From Candidatus Tayloriibacteriota bacterium (GTDB lineage Bacteria > Patescibacteriota > Minisyncoccia > Phycocordibacterales > PALSA-1337), in the NCBI GenBank assembly GCA_903893855.1, contig CAITNV010000008.1:1-57753 (forward strand): a DNA stretch of 57,753 bases, written 5' to 3'. Position numbers and translations under genes: made by a program. Shown here piece after piece: positions 19,800 through 29,400 of the stretch (position 1 is its first letter; the number at the start of each line of letters is the position of its first letter). Under the pieces are notes generated by a model that saw only the letters and a list, made by a program, of their open reading frames with translations, made no database searches and was not told where the DNA came from.

Positions 19800-20552
19800 T
19801 TAAGGTTTGATATCCCTTCGAGCCCGTTCGCTACATAAGCGATTAAGCAGGTTTGAAAGGTCAAAGACACCGTTAGAACGGACGACCTGAGTCAACTGCC
19901 GAAGCAGCTCCCGTTCCTCGGGGGTGAAATCATCCGTGAGGATGAGCTCAGCCAATGGCTTTGCAGTCAAGATCAATTGAGCAAGTGCTTCAATAACCTG
20001 TCTACGCAGGGCTTTGTTGGGCTCATGCTTGGGCAAAGGAAACTCTTGAACTGAAGGGTTCGATTCTTGAACCGAGTCGAAATGTAACTCTTGCAGAGTT
20101 GCCTGCCATTGCTGTTTTTTTTCTTTGGCTTCCGTTGCGTGGAGCTCTAAGAGCTCCAAGAGAGTAACTTCCATCGTAGCAACAGGATTTGATTTCCCTG
20201 CGCACCAACGCATGACGGAGTTTTCAGATACATTCGTGTATTCTGCGGCATCCTTCGGGGATAATGCCTGAATAGCCAGTTGAATGGCAAGCTCATGCAG
20301 TGATTTCGTGAGAGTCTCACGTTCAATGATGGTGTAGCCGATGAGCTCCAGTAAATACTGAAGTTTGAGCAGATTTACGCCTGAGGGCAGAGTCTGCTTG
20401 TTGAACCAGTGATATCCTGTGGTATCCGAAACGCCGATCATTTCGCAGAGCCTGTTACGGGCGCTGCATCGTTCAGCATCGAGCTGTTCTCGTCGGCTTT
20501 CCGAGAAGTGTCTGAGGCACTCCTCGGTTGTGCTTTTGATAGGTTTATTCAT
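19800..20552 (-). CDS. Protein with two tandem XRE/Cro-like HTH domains
   Basis: RNRLCEMIGVSDTTGYHWFNKQTLP and PKDAAEYTNVSENSVMRWCAGKSNP both fit the XRE HTH pattern; the gene ends 38 nt before the GHKL start. Confidence 0.7.
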   Translation of the reverse strand: MNKPIKSTTEECLRHFSESRREQLDAERCSARNRLCEMIGVSDTTGYHWFNKQTLPSGVNLLKLQYLLELIGYTIIERETLTKSLHELAIQLAIQALSPKDAAEYTNVSENSVMRWCAGKSNPVATMEVTLLELLELHATEAKEKKQQWQATLQELHFDSVQESNPSVQEFPLPKHEPNKALRRQVIEALAQLILTAKPLAELILTDDFTPEERELLRQLTQVVRSNGVFDLSNLLNRLCSERARRDIKP

Positions 20553-20616
20553 GTCTTAATTTTGATTTGTTAAAGGACGCTTTTGGCCGGATACACTATC
20601 CAGCCTACCTTTTTTT

Positions 20617-20644
20617 ACTATATCACAATATTCACATTTGTCTA
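20617..20644 (-). promoter_or_regulatory. Promoter for the HTH-GHKL operon
   Basis: TAGACA-16 nt-TATAGT with a TG extension; downstream 5'UTR hairpin GGCUGGAUA-GUG-UAUCCGGCC (20585-20605). Confidence 0.6.
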
Positions 20645-20672
20645 CATATGACGCTTTCCACGAGCCAAATAC

Positions 20673-20702
20673 TTGACACCACTCAATAAATATGAAGATA
20701 AT
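20673..20702 (+). promoter_or_regulatory. Divergent promoter for the winged-helix gene
   Basis: TTGACA-18 nt-GATAAT. Confidence 0.45.
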
Positions 20703-20705
20703 GCT

Positions 20706-20729
20706 ATTCACAGGAACATTCCTGTGAAT
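20706..20729. repeat. 24-bp palindrome (candidate operator or 5' hairpin)
   Basis: ATTCACAGGAA-CA-TTCCTGTGAAT with perfect 11-bp arms. Confidence 0.8.
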
Positions 20730-20796
20730 GTCCCGCAAGCACCTTGAAACCTTTAAAAAGGCCGACAAAACCATAAAAATCAACGAAAGTACAACA

Positions 20797-21324
20797 ATGC
20801 GCAACCGCGAACTAATGAAAAAATTGTCTGATCAATTCGAAAGACAATGCCAAGCATTCGAGCAAAAGCGTACCAAATTCCTCGCAGAACTCGATCAGGA
20901 CCTCGCCACCCTCCGAAAAAGTTTTGGAGAAGACCTCATCAACGAGCGACTCGGTGATCTGACTCGTACTGTTACCACAACACCGCCGAAACCTGAATCA
21001 ACTGAAAGCCCAGCCCCAGTCGTCAACAATGTGCGCCCGCAACGCAAGCGTCGGAAAGCAAGCAACTTTAACGATCTGAAACCGCACGTGGTTGAAATCG
21101 TAAAAACCCTTGCTGGTCAACGCTTCACGGTCCGGGACATCAAAGATGCACTGAATCAGAGGGAGGTAAAATTCAACCCGAACAACCTTCATCTTATCCT
21201 GATCAGATATCTAAGCGGCATCAAGGTGGTCGATAAACAGAAGGGTAAAGGTATTAACAAGAACGTGTACGAGGCGGGTGGTGATGTCTCCCTTGTTAAC
21301 TACACCGTAGCGTCCAAAAAGTAG
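20797..21324 (+). CDS. Hypothetical DNA-binding protein: N-terminal coiled coil, Pro/Thr linker, basic patch, C-terminal winged helix
   Basis: Helical N-terminus, TTTPPKPESTESPAP linker, RPQRKRRK, FTVRDIKDAL..NNLHLIL..IKVV..NVY; start set at ATG 20797. Confidence 0.65.
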   Translation: MRNRELMKKLSDQFERQCQAFEQKRTKFLAELDQDLATLRKSFGEDLINERLGDLTRTVTTTPPKPESTESPAPVVNNVRPQRKRRKASNFNDLKPHVVEIVKTLAGQRFTVRDIKDALNQREVKFNPNNLHLILIRYLSGIKVVDKQKGKGINKNVYEAGGDVSLVNYTVASKK

Positions 21325-21350
21325 ACTTCCAGAACATACCGTAACAACAA

Positions 21351-21388
21351 ACACCAGCTTCCATGCATTTGGAACTGGTGTATTTTTT
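21351..21388 (+). terminator. Intrinsic terminator
   Basis: ACACCAG(C)TTCCA / TGGAACTGGTGT stem followed by ATTTTTT. Confidence 0.75.
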
Positions 21389-21443
21389 ATATTAAAAAGC
21401 TCGCACACAAAACACTAACGTATATAATACCAATTGGTAGCTT

Positions 21444-23696
21444 TTACTTCGCCACCTTCACCGCTTCATCGAAGTTAATTGAGAGAAGTTTTGATGCTCC
21501 ATCGGCGCCAATTGTTACTCCATATATGACCCCCGCTCGAGACATCGTCTCACGATTGTGAGTAATGAGAATGAGCTGCGAATAATTCGACAAGCTAACA
21601 ATCATATCGCCGTATTTTTTAGAATTAGCCTCATCGAGCGCCGCATCAGTCTCATCGAGAATGATAAAAGGCGGAGGATTCACCTGTGAAATTGCAAAGA
21701 GAAGCGCTATAGACGTAAGCGCTCGCTCACCACCTGAGAGCATCATGAGACCTTTCACTTTCTTACGTGGGAGGCTCACATTGATATCAATTCCCTCTGG
21801 ACCCTCTTCCACCATATCATCGCCAGTGTCCATTTCATCCGGCACCGCATCGATAAGCGACAAGTCCGTATCTGACTTGCGCTTTCTTTTTTTCTCACGA
21901 ATGACGCTTAAGCTCGCTGCCCCTCCGCCGAACATAAGATTAAAGAAATACTGGAATTGCGCATTAATCTTCGATATACCAGCCTTGAATTCCACATCGA
22001 GACGATTGTTAAGATCCGCAATGAGAGCGACGAGTGAAGCCTTCGATGTCTCGAGATCAATAATCTCTCGCGCGAGGAAAGCATCTCGCTCTTCTGCTTC
22101 GCGATATTCTTTCATAATATCAGTGGTATTCCCCGCTCCGGAATCTTCAATGCGAAACTTTATTTTCTCTATTGTTCGTCGTCGCTCTTCTTGCACGCCT
22201 CGCGCAGGTACCAAACCCCGCTCAACAACCACGACATAATCAATAGCCTCTCTACCCGCTATCATCCTCGCATCTTCAAGCTCACGCCGAAAAGCCTGCT
22301 CTTCAAGGAGCACTTTATCTTCTTCATTCTTAAGCCTCGTCAATACTGTGCGAATCTCATTTTGTCTTGAAATAATAGTAAATACATTTCGCTCAGCCTC
22401 GCGGTTGGTATCTTGCTCTCGCTCTATTTTCACGCGGAGCTGTGTGTATTCTTCATGCGCTCGAGTAGCTCGATCAGATACAGCTCGAAGCTCATTCTCG
22501 AAGCCCGACTTTTTCTCCCCCAACTCTCGCAATTCTTTATCAAATTCCAAACGCGCCGCAGTATGAAGTGCGTCTCCACTTCGATGACTCGCTACGAACT
22601 CTCTGCAAATGTTGCGAATCTCTTCGAGAGAATCAATAGTAAATATCCGATTAACAATAGCCTCAACATCTCGCAAATACACCGTCTTCGAATCCTCACG
22701 ACTCTGTTTCTCTTTCTCTTTCACAATCGATCGCTCAGTAAGAGCTATAGCTCCTTCAATCTTCCCCAATTCGCGACTTATCCTGTCCTTCTCTTCACGT
22801 GCTAGAGCAAGTGCTCGCTCAAGCGTAATAATCTCCATGCTTTGCGCATCCGCACGCTTCGATTCAGCAAGAATAGTCTTCGCTGCACTGAGGTCAGCAT
22901 CGAGCTTGGCCATTTCATTAGCAGGAGCTAGCCTCTCTTCGGCAATCCGCGCCTTCTCAATACGAATGTATGCATCCTCTGCAGATAAATATTCGCGATA
23001 AAGAGTCACAAGTAGACGCTTCATTTCCTCAACCTTCTCCACCTTTTCAACCTGCTTTTTGAGAAATTTAATATGCGGAGCAATCTCTCTTCGAAGCGAT
23101 TCGACTGACTTCATATTCTCTTCAGTCTTCTCGAGCTTCCTTTCGCTCTCGAGCTTTTTGTATTGATACATTTTAAGGCCAAGCGCATCCTCGATCATTT
23201 CCCTTCGTTCGCGAATATTGGCATTAAGAATCCTGTCCGCTTCACCTTGAGAAATAATGTGATGCCCAGAAGCGCCGATATGCGCGCTTGAGAGAAGCTC
23301 GACAATGTCCTTCAGACGCACCAAAGAGCCATTGATAAAATATTCATTCGAGCTATCGCGATGCACCACGCGCTCAAGTGTCACCTCATCGAAGTCCACC
23401 GAAAGCATTCGCGTACTATTATCGAAAACCACCTTTACCGAAGCGCGATTCGCTCTACCACTCGTCGTTGCCGAAGCGACATTCGCAGCTCCACCGTTAA
23501 AGATGAGATCCTCGCCCTTTTTGCCACGAAGCGACTTGATGGATTGTTCTCCGAGAACGAAACGAAACGCCTCTGCGACGTTTGATTTACCCGAACCATT
23601 TGGTCCCACAATACCCGATATCGGCGAAGTGAAATTAAGCGTCGCTTTTCTCGCGAACGATTTGAAGCCAACAATCTCAAGAGATTTCAGATGCAT
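21444..23696 (-). CDS. smc: SMC-family ATPase, short (750 aa), apparently lacking the hinge
   Basis: GFKSFA, Walker A GPNGSGKSN, IISQG, signature LSGGE, Walker B ILDETDAALD, ITHN; directly downstream of rnc. Confidence 0.85.
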   Translation of the reverse strand: MHLKSLEIVGFKSFARKATLNFTSPISGIVGPNGSGKSNVAEAFRFVLGEQSIKSLRGKKGEDLIFNGGAANVASATTSGRANRASVKVVFDNSTRMLSVDFDEVTLERVVHRDSSNEYFINGSLVRLKDIVELLSSAHIGASGHHIISQGEADRILNANIRERREMIEDALGLKMYQYKKLESERKLEKTEENMKSVESLRREIAPHIKFLKKQVEKVEKVEEMKRLLVTLYREYLSAEDAYIRIEKARIAEERLAPANEMAKLDADLSAAKTILAESKRADAQSMEIITLERALALAREEKDRISRELGKIEGAIALTERSIVKEKEKQSREDSKTVYLRDVEAIVNRIFTIDSLEEIRNICREFVASHRSGDALHTAARLEFDKELRELGEKKSGFENELRAVSDRATRAHEEYTQLRVKIEREQDTNREAERNVFTIISRQNEIRTVLTRLKNEEDKVLLEEQAFRRELEDARMIAGREAIDYVVVVERGLVPARGVQEERRRTIEKIKFRIEDSGAGNTTDIMKEYREAEERDAFLAREIIDLETSKASLVALIADLNNRLDVEFKAGISKINAQFQYFFNLMFGGGAASLSVIREKKRKRKSDTDLSLIDAVPDEMDTGDDMVEEGPEGIDINVSLPRKKVKGLMMLSGGERALTSIALLFAISQVNPPPFIILDETDAALDEANSKKYGDMIVSLSNYSQLILITHNRETMSRAGVIYGVTIGADGASKLLSINFDEAVKVAK

Positions 23697-23715
23697 TACC
23701 TAATAATAGCATATT

Positions 23716-24423
23716 TTACCAACCCTTCACTTCAAGCGCTTTCTCAGCGGCTTTTTGTTCTGCTTCTTGTTTCGAGGGACCAGTACCGAGAGCTACTTGT
23801 ACAGAACCGAGGAATACCCCGAGCGTGAATTGTTTATCATGATCCGGACCAGTCTCTTTAAGCGTCTTGTATGCAGGAGTAAAATTCGTCATCTCCTGTG
23901 CTCGCTCTTGAAAACGACTCTTAGCATCAAGCCAGAGCTTTTTACTGACGATCTCATCGATATCAATAACCTCAAGAAGATGTCGTGAGACGAAATTCGC
24001 CGCAGCATTATAACCCTGATCGATATAAATCGATCCAATGATAGCCTCAACACTATCCGCAAGAATGATACTTCGAGCACGGCCTTTATCCTTCTCTTCT
24101 CCACGTGAAAGAAGCAAATATTCATTAACTCCGAGACTCTCTGCGACACGCGAAAGAGACACCGTATTGACCAGTGCTGCTCGATATGAAGTCATATCCC
24201 CTTCATTTTTCTTTGGATATTTTTTAAATAGGAAATACGTGATAACGAGCTCAAGAACTGCATCCCCCAAGAATTCCAACCGTTCATTATGCTCCAAACC
24301 TGCGCCTTTATTCTCGTTGAGGTATGAGCGGTGCGTGCACGCAGTACGTAAAAGACCAATGTCGTTAAATACGACACCCATCTTTTGAGCAAACTCTTCA
24401 AACTTTTTCATATCCTGTCCCAT
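23716..24423 (-). CDS. rnc: Ribonuclease III
   Basis: HNERLEFLGDAVL, ADSVEAIIG, dsRBD GPDHDKQF..SKQEAEQKAA; start set at ATG 24423. Confidence 0.97.
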   Translation of the reverse strand: MGQDMKKFEEFAQKMGVVFNDIGLLRTACTHRSYLNENKGAGLEHNERLEFLGDAVLELVITYFLFKKYPKKNEGDMTSYRAALVNTVSLSRVAESLGVNEYLLLSRGEEKDKGRARSIILADSVEAIIGSIYIDQGYNAAANFVSRHLLEVIDIDEIVSKKLWLDAKSRFQERAQEMTNFTPAYKTLKETGPDHDKQFTLGVFLGSVQVALGTGPSKQEAEQKAAEKALEVKGW

Positions 24424-24424
24424 A

Positions 24425-25384
24425 TTATTTTGATTCAGTAGCGTTCTTTGATTCGGTAGCATTCAAAGCATCAGTAGTTCCCACAAGTCCTCCAGCGAGG
24501 ATCTGGAGCGCTTTCGTCACAATCGGCAAAATATCATTATAAAAATTTAATTCGAGAATGTCGGCAAGCTTGAACCATTTCGCATCATCAAGGCCCGGCT
24601 TATCTGCAAGCTTAATATCAACGAAAGCAGATTCAGCGAGGAAATAATGTACTTGCTTTCGGATCTTACCTTTCTCTGGATCGCTTGCAATATATTCATT
24701 ATTACCAAGATCATCGGTAATCTTCACGTCGAGACCCATCTCTTCCTTTACCTTAGCGACGGTTCCTACACGTACATCTCCTTCAGGAATTTTACCCTTA
24801 GACAAAGTCCAATGACCAAAAATATCATGCACGAAACCGAGATAAATCTCCGAACCATCCCGAGCGAAGACTACAGCTCCACCGAGGTTCTGAATTAGCA
24901 TTTTCTCATATGGAACATCTTCGATACGAGCACGCTTCTTAGGGGCGACATCGTCTTTACCCGGTTCACCGAGCTCTTTGTAGACGGAACCGAGTACGCC
25001 GTTGACGAATTTACCGCTATTTTCTCCACCGAAAGTTTTCGCGAGTTCAATAGCTTCGTTAATAGCAACTTTTGCAGGCACTTCTTTACGATCAGCGAAA
25101 ATAAGCTCGTAGAGTCCTACACGCAAAATATTTCTATCAACAATAGAGATTTTATCAATTGGCCAATCAGGAGCAGCCTTCTCGATAATAAGGTCGAGTT
25201 CCTTACGCTTAGCAAGGATATTAACAATAAGTTCTTCAATAAAAGAAATATCACTCACCCCAGGGGCGAATTCTTTAGCATTACGTTCAACAATGTCTTT
25301 TATTTCACTATCCGGAGAGCTTCGAAAATCCCACTCGAAGAGTGATTGCAAGACTACTGAACGTGAGAGATGTCGATTTGCCAT
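24425..25384 (-). CDS. nusB: Transcription antitermination factor NusB fused to a Nudix-like domain
   Basis: MANRHLSR..LQSLFEWD, DRNILR, VAINEAIELAKTFG..FVNGVLG; then GGAVV..WTLSKGK..KEEMGL. Confidence 0.9.
   Translation of the reverse strand: MANRHLSRSVVLQSLFEWDFRSSPDSEIKDIVERNAKEFAPGVSDISFIEELIVNILAKRKELDLIIEKAAPDWPIDKISIVDRNILRVGLYELIFADRKEVPAKVAINEAIELAKTFGGENSGKFVNGVLGSVYKELGEPGKDDVAPKKRARIEDVPYEKMLIQNLGGAVVFARDGSEIYLGFVHDIFGHWTLSKGKIPEGDVRVGTVAKVKEEMGLDVKITDDLGNNEYIASDPEKGKIRKQVHYFLAESAFVDIKLADKPGLDDAKWFKLADILELNFYNDILPIVTKALQILAGGLVGTTDALNATESKNATESK
24429..24464. repeat. Imperfect 18-bp tandem duplication (NATESK x2) at the NusB C-terminus
   Basis: TTTGATTCAGTAGCGTTC / TTTGATTCGGTAGCATTC. 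Confidence 0.8.
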
Positions 25385-25437
25385 AATTTTCTTTAAAGAA
25401 CCTTGAAACTCTGCTAATTAGTAACCCCTTTATTCTA

Positions 25438-25650
25438 CTATACTTTAGCGCCTTTTTCTACAACTGTTGGACGAGTCTCCTTCACTACCACTATCTTCCG
25501 GCCTCGATACATGCCAGTGGCCATATCGGCGCGGTGTCGCTGGTGTAAAGAACCAGTCGTTGTGTCTGTTGTAAGTCGAATAGCATCAAGTGCATGATGT
25601 GATCGTCTGTTGTCCCGATGAGCTCGGGTTGCTCTCATTCTGTTAACCAT
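25438..25650 (-). CDS. rpmF: 50S ribosomal protein L32, Cys-free form
   Basis: RRSHHAL..HQRHR..GMYRGRKIV; no CxxC pairs. Confidence 0.88.
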   Translation of the reverse strand: MVNRMRATRAHRDNRRSHHALDAIRLTTDTTTGSLHQRHRADMATGMYRGRKIVVVKETRPTVVEKGAKV

Positions 25651-25698
25651 AGTGGCACTATAATACAGTATACGGCCATTTTTTGCAAGCTTTTATGA

Positions 25699-26337
25699 CT
25701 AAGCGAGCTCGAATGGGTGGAGAAATGACTTACGGTGCACAGGTAATATACCCCGCTTTTCAATGGCATTATAATGAGCTTTCGTCCCATATCCTTTGTG
25801 AATTCCGAAGCCATAATCTGGGTATTTTCGAGCGAGGTTATTCATCTTCCTATCGCGACATACTTTCGCAGCGATAGAGGCCAGAGCAATGACGGACTTC
25901 TTCGCATCGCCTTTGATGATCGTCTTTTGATGGATAAAATCCGCCGGTACTTTTAGTCCTCCATCGAGAAGTACGAGCACGTCCGCAGATTTTATTGCCT
26001 CGCGCGATAGGCTCTTAGCATTTACGAGTTCATTGAGCGCCTTTACGATACAGCTTCGAATACATACTGCTATACCTTTGGTATCAATTGCCTTTTCGCT
26101 TTCAAATGCCACACTAAAGTCGATTAGACCCGACTTTTTCGCTTCGAGTATTTTCGCATACCACATTTCGCGCTTCATTTCGCTTAATTGTTTCGATTCT
26201 TTTACTTTTGGGAAGATTTTCGCGAGTTTTACACGTGCTTCACTTTCTGACTTCGCAGCCACAGCGAAAACACCCACTGCAACCGGCCCTGCTATAGGCC
26301 CGCGCCCTACTTCATCAACACCAAATACGAATTTCAT
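25699..26337 (-). CDS. rnhB: Ribonuclease HII
   Basis: GVDEVGRGPIAGPV, ESKQLS, LLDG, KGDA..ASIAAKVCRD, HKGYGT..H, HRKSF. Confidence 0.96.
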   Translation of the reverse strand: MKFVFGVDEVGRGPIAGPVAVGVFAVAAKSESEARVKLAKIFPKVKESKQLSEMKREMWYAKILEAKKSGLIDFSVAFESEKAIDTKGIAVCIRSCIVKALNELVNAKSLSREAIKSADVLVLLDGGLKVPADFIHQKTIIKGDAKKSVIALASIAAKVCRDRKMNNLARKYPDYGFGIHKGYGTKAHYNAIEKRGILPVHRKSFLHPFELA

Positions 26338-26405
26338 GATCTAATTATACTTTTTTAAATTTATTTAAGCGATTTTTATTTCTTTTTGTTATACTTCAAA
26401 TACGA

Positions 26406-29400
26406 ATGTCTAAATTTATCCATCTCCATACACATAGCCACTATTCACTTCTTAATGCCCTTCCTAAGGTTGAAGACCTCGTTGAAGAAGCTAAGAAGTA
26501 CGGCATGCCAGCGCTCGCTCTTACCGATGCGGGTAATATGTATGGCACGATTGAGTTTTATAAAGAGTGCAAAAAGGCTGGAATAAAACCTATCATCGGC
26601 GTAGATACGTACGTTGCCGCACGAAGCCGTACCGATATGCAGGCTGGTATCGACAATCGCCGTTCGCGGCTCATTCTTCTCGCTAAGGATGTCGTGGGCT
26701 ACAAAAATCTTATTAAAATCGTAACGCGCTCATATCTCGAAGGCTTTTACTACAAGCCACGTATCGATCATGAGCTCATTGAAGAATATGCATTACAAGG
26801 CGTCGGAGGTCTCATCGCTATCGCTCCATCTTTCTCGAGCGAGATAACCATGGCGATTAAGAATCACAATATCGTCAAGGCTCGCGAGCATATCGAATTC
26901 TACAAGCATGCTTTTAATGGCACGACCGGCGAAGATAATTTCTACATTGAGATCACTCGCCATCCTGAGATCGAAGGACATGAGCCACTTATGCAAGAGC
27001 TCATTAAGCTCGCTCACGAGACCAATACCCCTATCGTCGCAGGACACGATGTCTACTATATGCATCCTGATGACAAGGCTGCTCGAGATACACTTATGCT
27101 CGTCAATACTTCTGGCGATACGAGCGATCGTGGAACTGGAGGCGCTACTGGTGGAGGGGGCAATACCGGCATGGGTGGAGGAAGTGATGAAGAGGAGGAC
27201 TTCTCTTTCATTTCACCTGAGCGTGCAGAGGAATTATTTAAAGACATACCCGAGGCCATCGAGAATACATCAGTCATCGCCGACAAGTGTAATCTCACCA
27301 TCGAGCTTGGTAAATGGGTCTTCTCTGACTATAAGGTGGCAAGCGGACTCTCATATGATGATGAACTTCGGCGACTCGTATACGAAGGAGTTTTGACGCG
27401 CAAACTCGCTCCGGATCTCAACCATATCCCCAAAGAAGTCACCGAGCGCGCCGAATACGAACTAAAGGTTATTAAAGATAAAGGCTACGCTCCTTACTTC
27501 CTCGTGGTGGCAGACCTGCTTAATTATGCTCACGCCAATGGTATCCTTACTAACATTCGAGGATCCGTTGCGGGTTCGCTTGTGACGTATCTATCGCGCA
27601 TTACGAATGTGAATCCACTTGAGTACAAACTCCCCTTCGAGCGCTTCTTGAATCCCGAGCGACCATCTGCTCCGGACATCGATATGGACTTCGCCGACAA
27701 CCGTCGCGATGAAATGATTACCTATGCTCGCGGTAAATATGGCAATGACAAAGTAGCGCAGATCGGAACATTCGGTACCATGATGGCCCGTGGTGCAGTA
27801 AAGGACGTGGCTCGAGCTCTTGGTTATCCATATGAGCTCGGAGACCGGATATCAAAGCTCATTCCTATGGGTGCGCAAGGCTTCCCTATGACTATCGATC
27901 GAGCACTTGAAGAAGTACCTGACCTGCGCGCTATGTATGAGAAAGAAGAGGATGTTAGCCGTATTATTAATATGGCAAAAAAGATCGAAGGCTGCGCCCG
28001 TCACATCTCGGTGCATGCCGCTGGTGTGGTCATTGCCCCTCGAGCGCTTACTGACTTTACCCCACTACAGTACGATACCAAAGGCGAGAAGAAGATCATT
28101 ACCCAGTACGATATGTACGTCATCGAAGATGCCGGTCTTCTCAAATTCGACTTTCTCGGTATCAAGAACCTCTCCATCCTCGCCGATGCAGTGGATCGTG
28201 TAAAAAAGATTGAGGGTATAACCGTCGACATTGAGAATATCCCTCTCGATGACAAGAAGACCTTCGGCATGCTCGCTCGCGGAGAGACTATCGGACTCTT
28301 CCAACTCAATGGTACTGGTATGACACGCTTCCTTGTGGAGCTTAAGCCTACGAGCATTCACGATATTAACGCTATGGTGGCGCTCTATCGACCGGGACCT
28401 TTGGAATCCATCCCTCAATACATCGAACGTAAATACGATGAGAGTAAGATTACCTATCTTGACCCGCGAATGAAAGATATTCTCGATATGTCATACGGAG
28501 TTATTACCTATCAGGATGACGTTATGATGATTGCTATTAAGCTTGCAGGATATTCTTGGCTCGAGGCCGACAAGCTCCGTAAGGCTATGGGTAAAAAAAT
28601 TCCAAAAGAAATGGAAGAACAGAAAGGTAAACTCCTCGAAGGTTTCGAAAAGCATGGTCTACCGAAACGTAAAGCAATGGAACTATGGAAACTCATCGAA
28701 CCTTTCGCTGCATACGGTTTCAATAAGGCTCACGCTGCGAGCTATGGTCGCGTCGCGTATCAGACTTCGTATATGAAGGCCAATTTCCCTGCTATTTATA
28801 TGTCAGCAGTACTCACCGCCGACTCTGGTGATGTCGAGAAAATTTCCGAAATCGTCACCGAGTGTAAGCGTATGGGAATTCCAATTCTCCCGCCGGATAT
28901 CAATGAAAGCTTTAGTCAGTTTACGGTGATTAAGAGAACTGATAAAAAAGACAGCGAAACCCCAAGCGACAATGCCGACAAGAGCACCGAAGCCGACCGC
29001 ATCCGCTTCGGACTTGTAACGATTAAAAACTTTGGTCAGGGAATCGCTACAGCCATCATCGAAGAGCGTAAAAAATCCGGCCATTTCAAATCTCTCGCAG
29101 ACTTCCTCGACCGAGTGCGCGACCGTAATTTAAATAAAAAATCCCTCGAAGCACTCATCAAATCTGGCGCGCTCGACACTTTCGGCCATGATCGCGGAAC
29201 TCTGCTCGGCAATATCGAGACACTTCTCGCTTACAATAAAGAGCATGAGAATCGCGCAGAGAATCAAGACTCACTCTTCGGTCTTATGAGCGATACATCG
29301 AGCATCCCTACGCTCAAGCTCGCTGAGGTTCCCTTCGCCACGCCTATGGAGAAGCTCGTTTGGGAGAAGGAGCTCTTAGGTCTCTACATCTCCGGTCACC

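Noticed and set aside
20556..20804. 82-aa minus-strand ORF in the divergent region
   Set aside because: It overlaps both promoters and the palindrome and has no protein-like features.
18061..23696. GHKL module plus SMC as a Wadjet/Lamassu-like defence operon
   Set aside because: smc follows rnc in its housekeeping context and is separated from the module by a convergent gene and terminator. No kleisin, Toprim nuclease or effector gene is adjacent.
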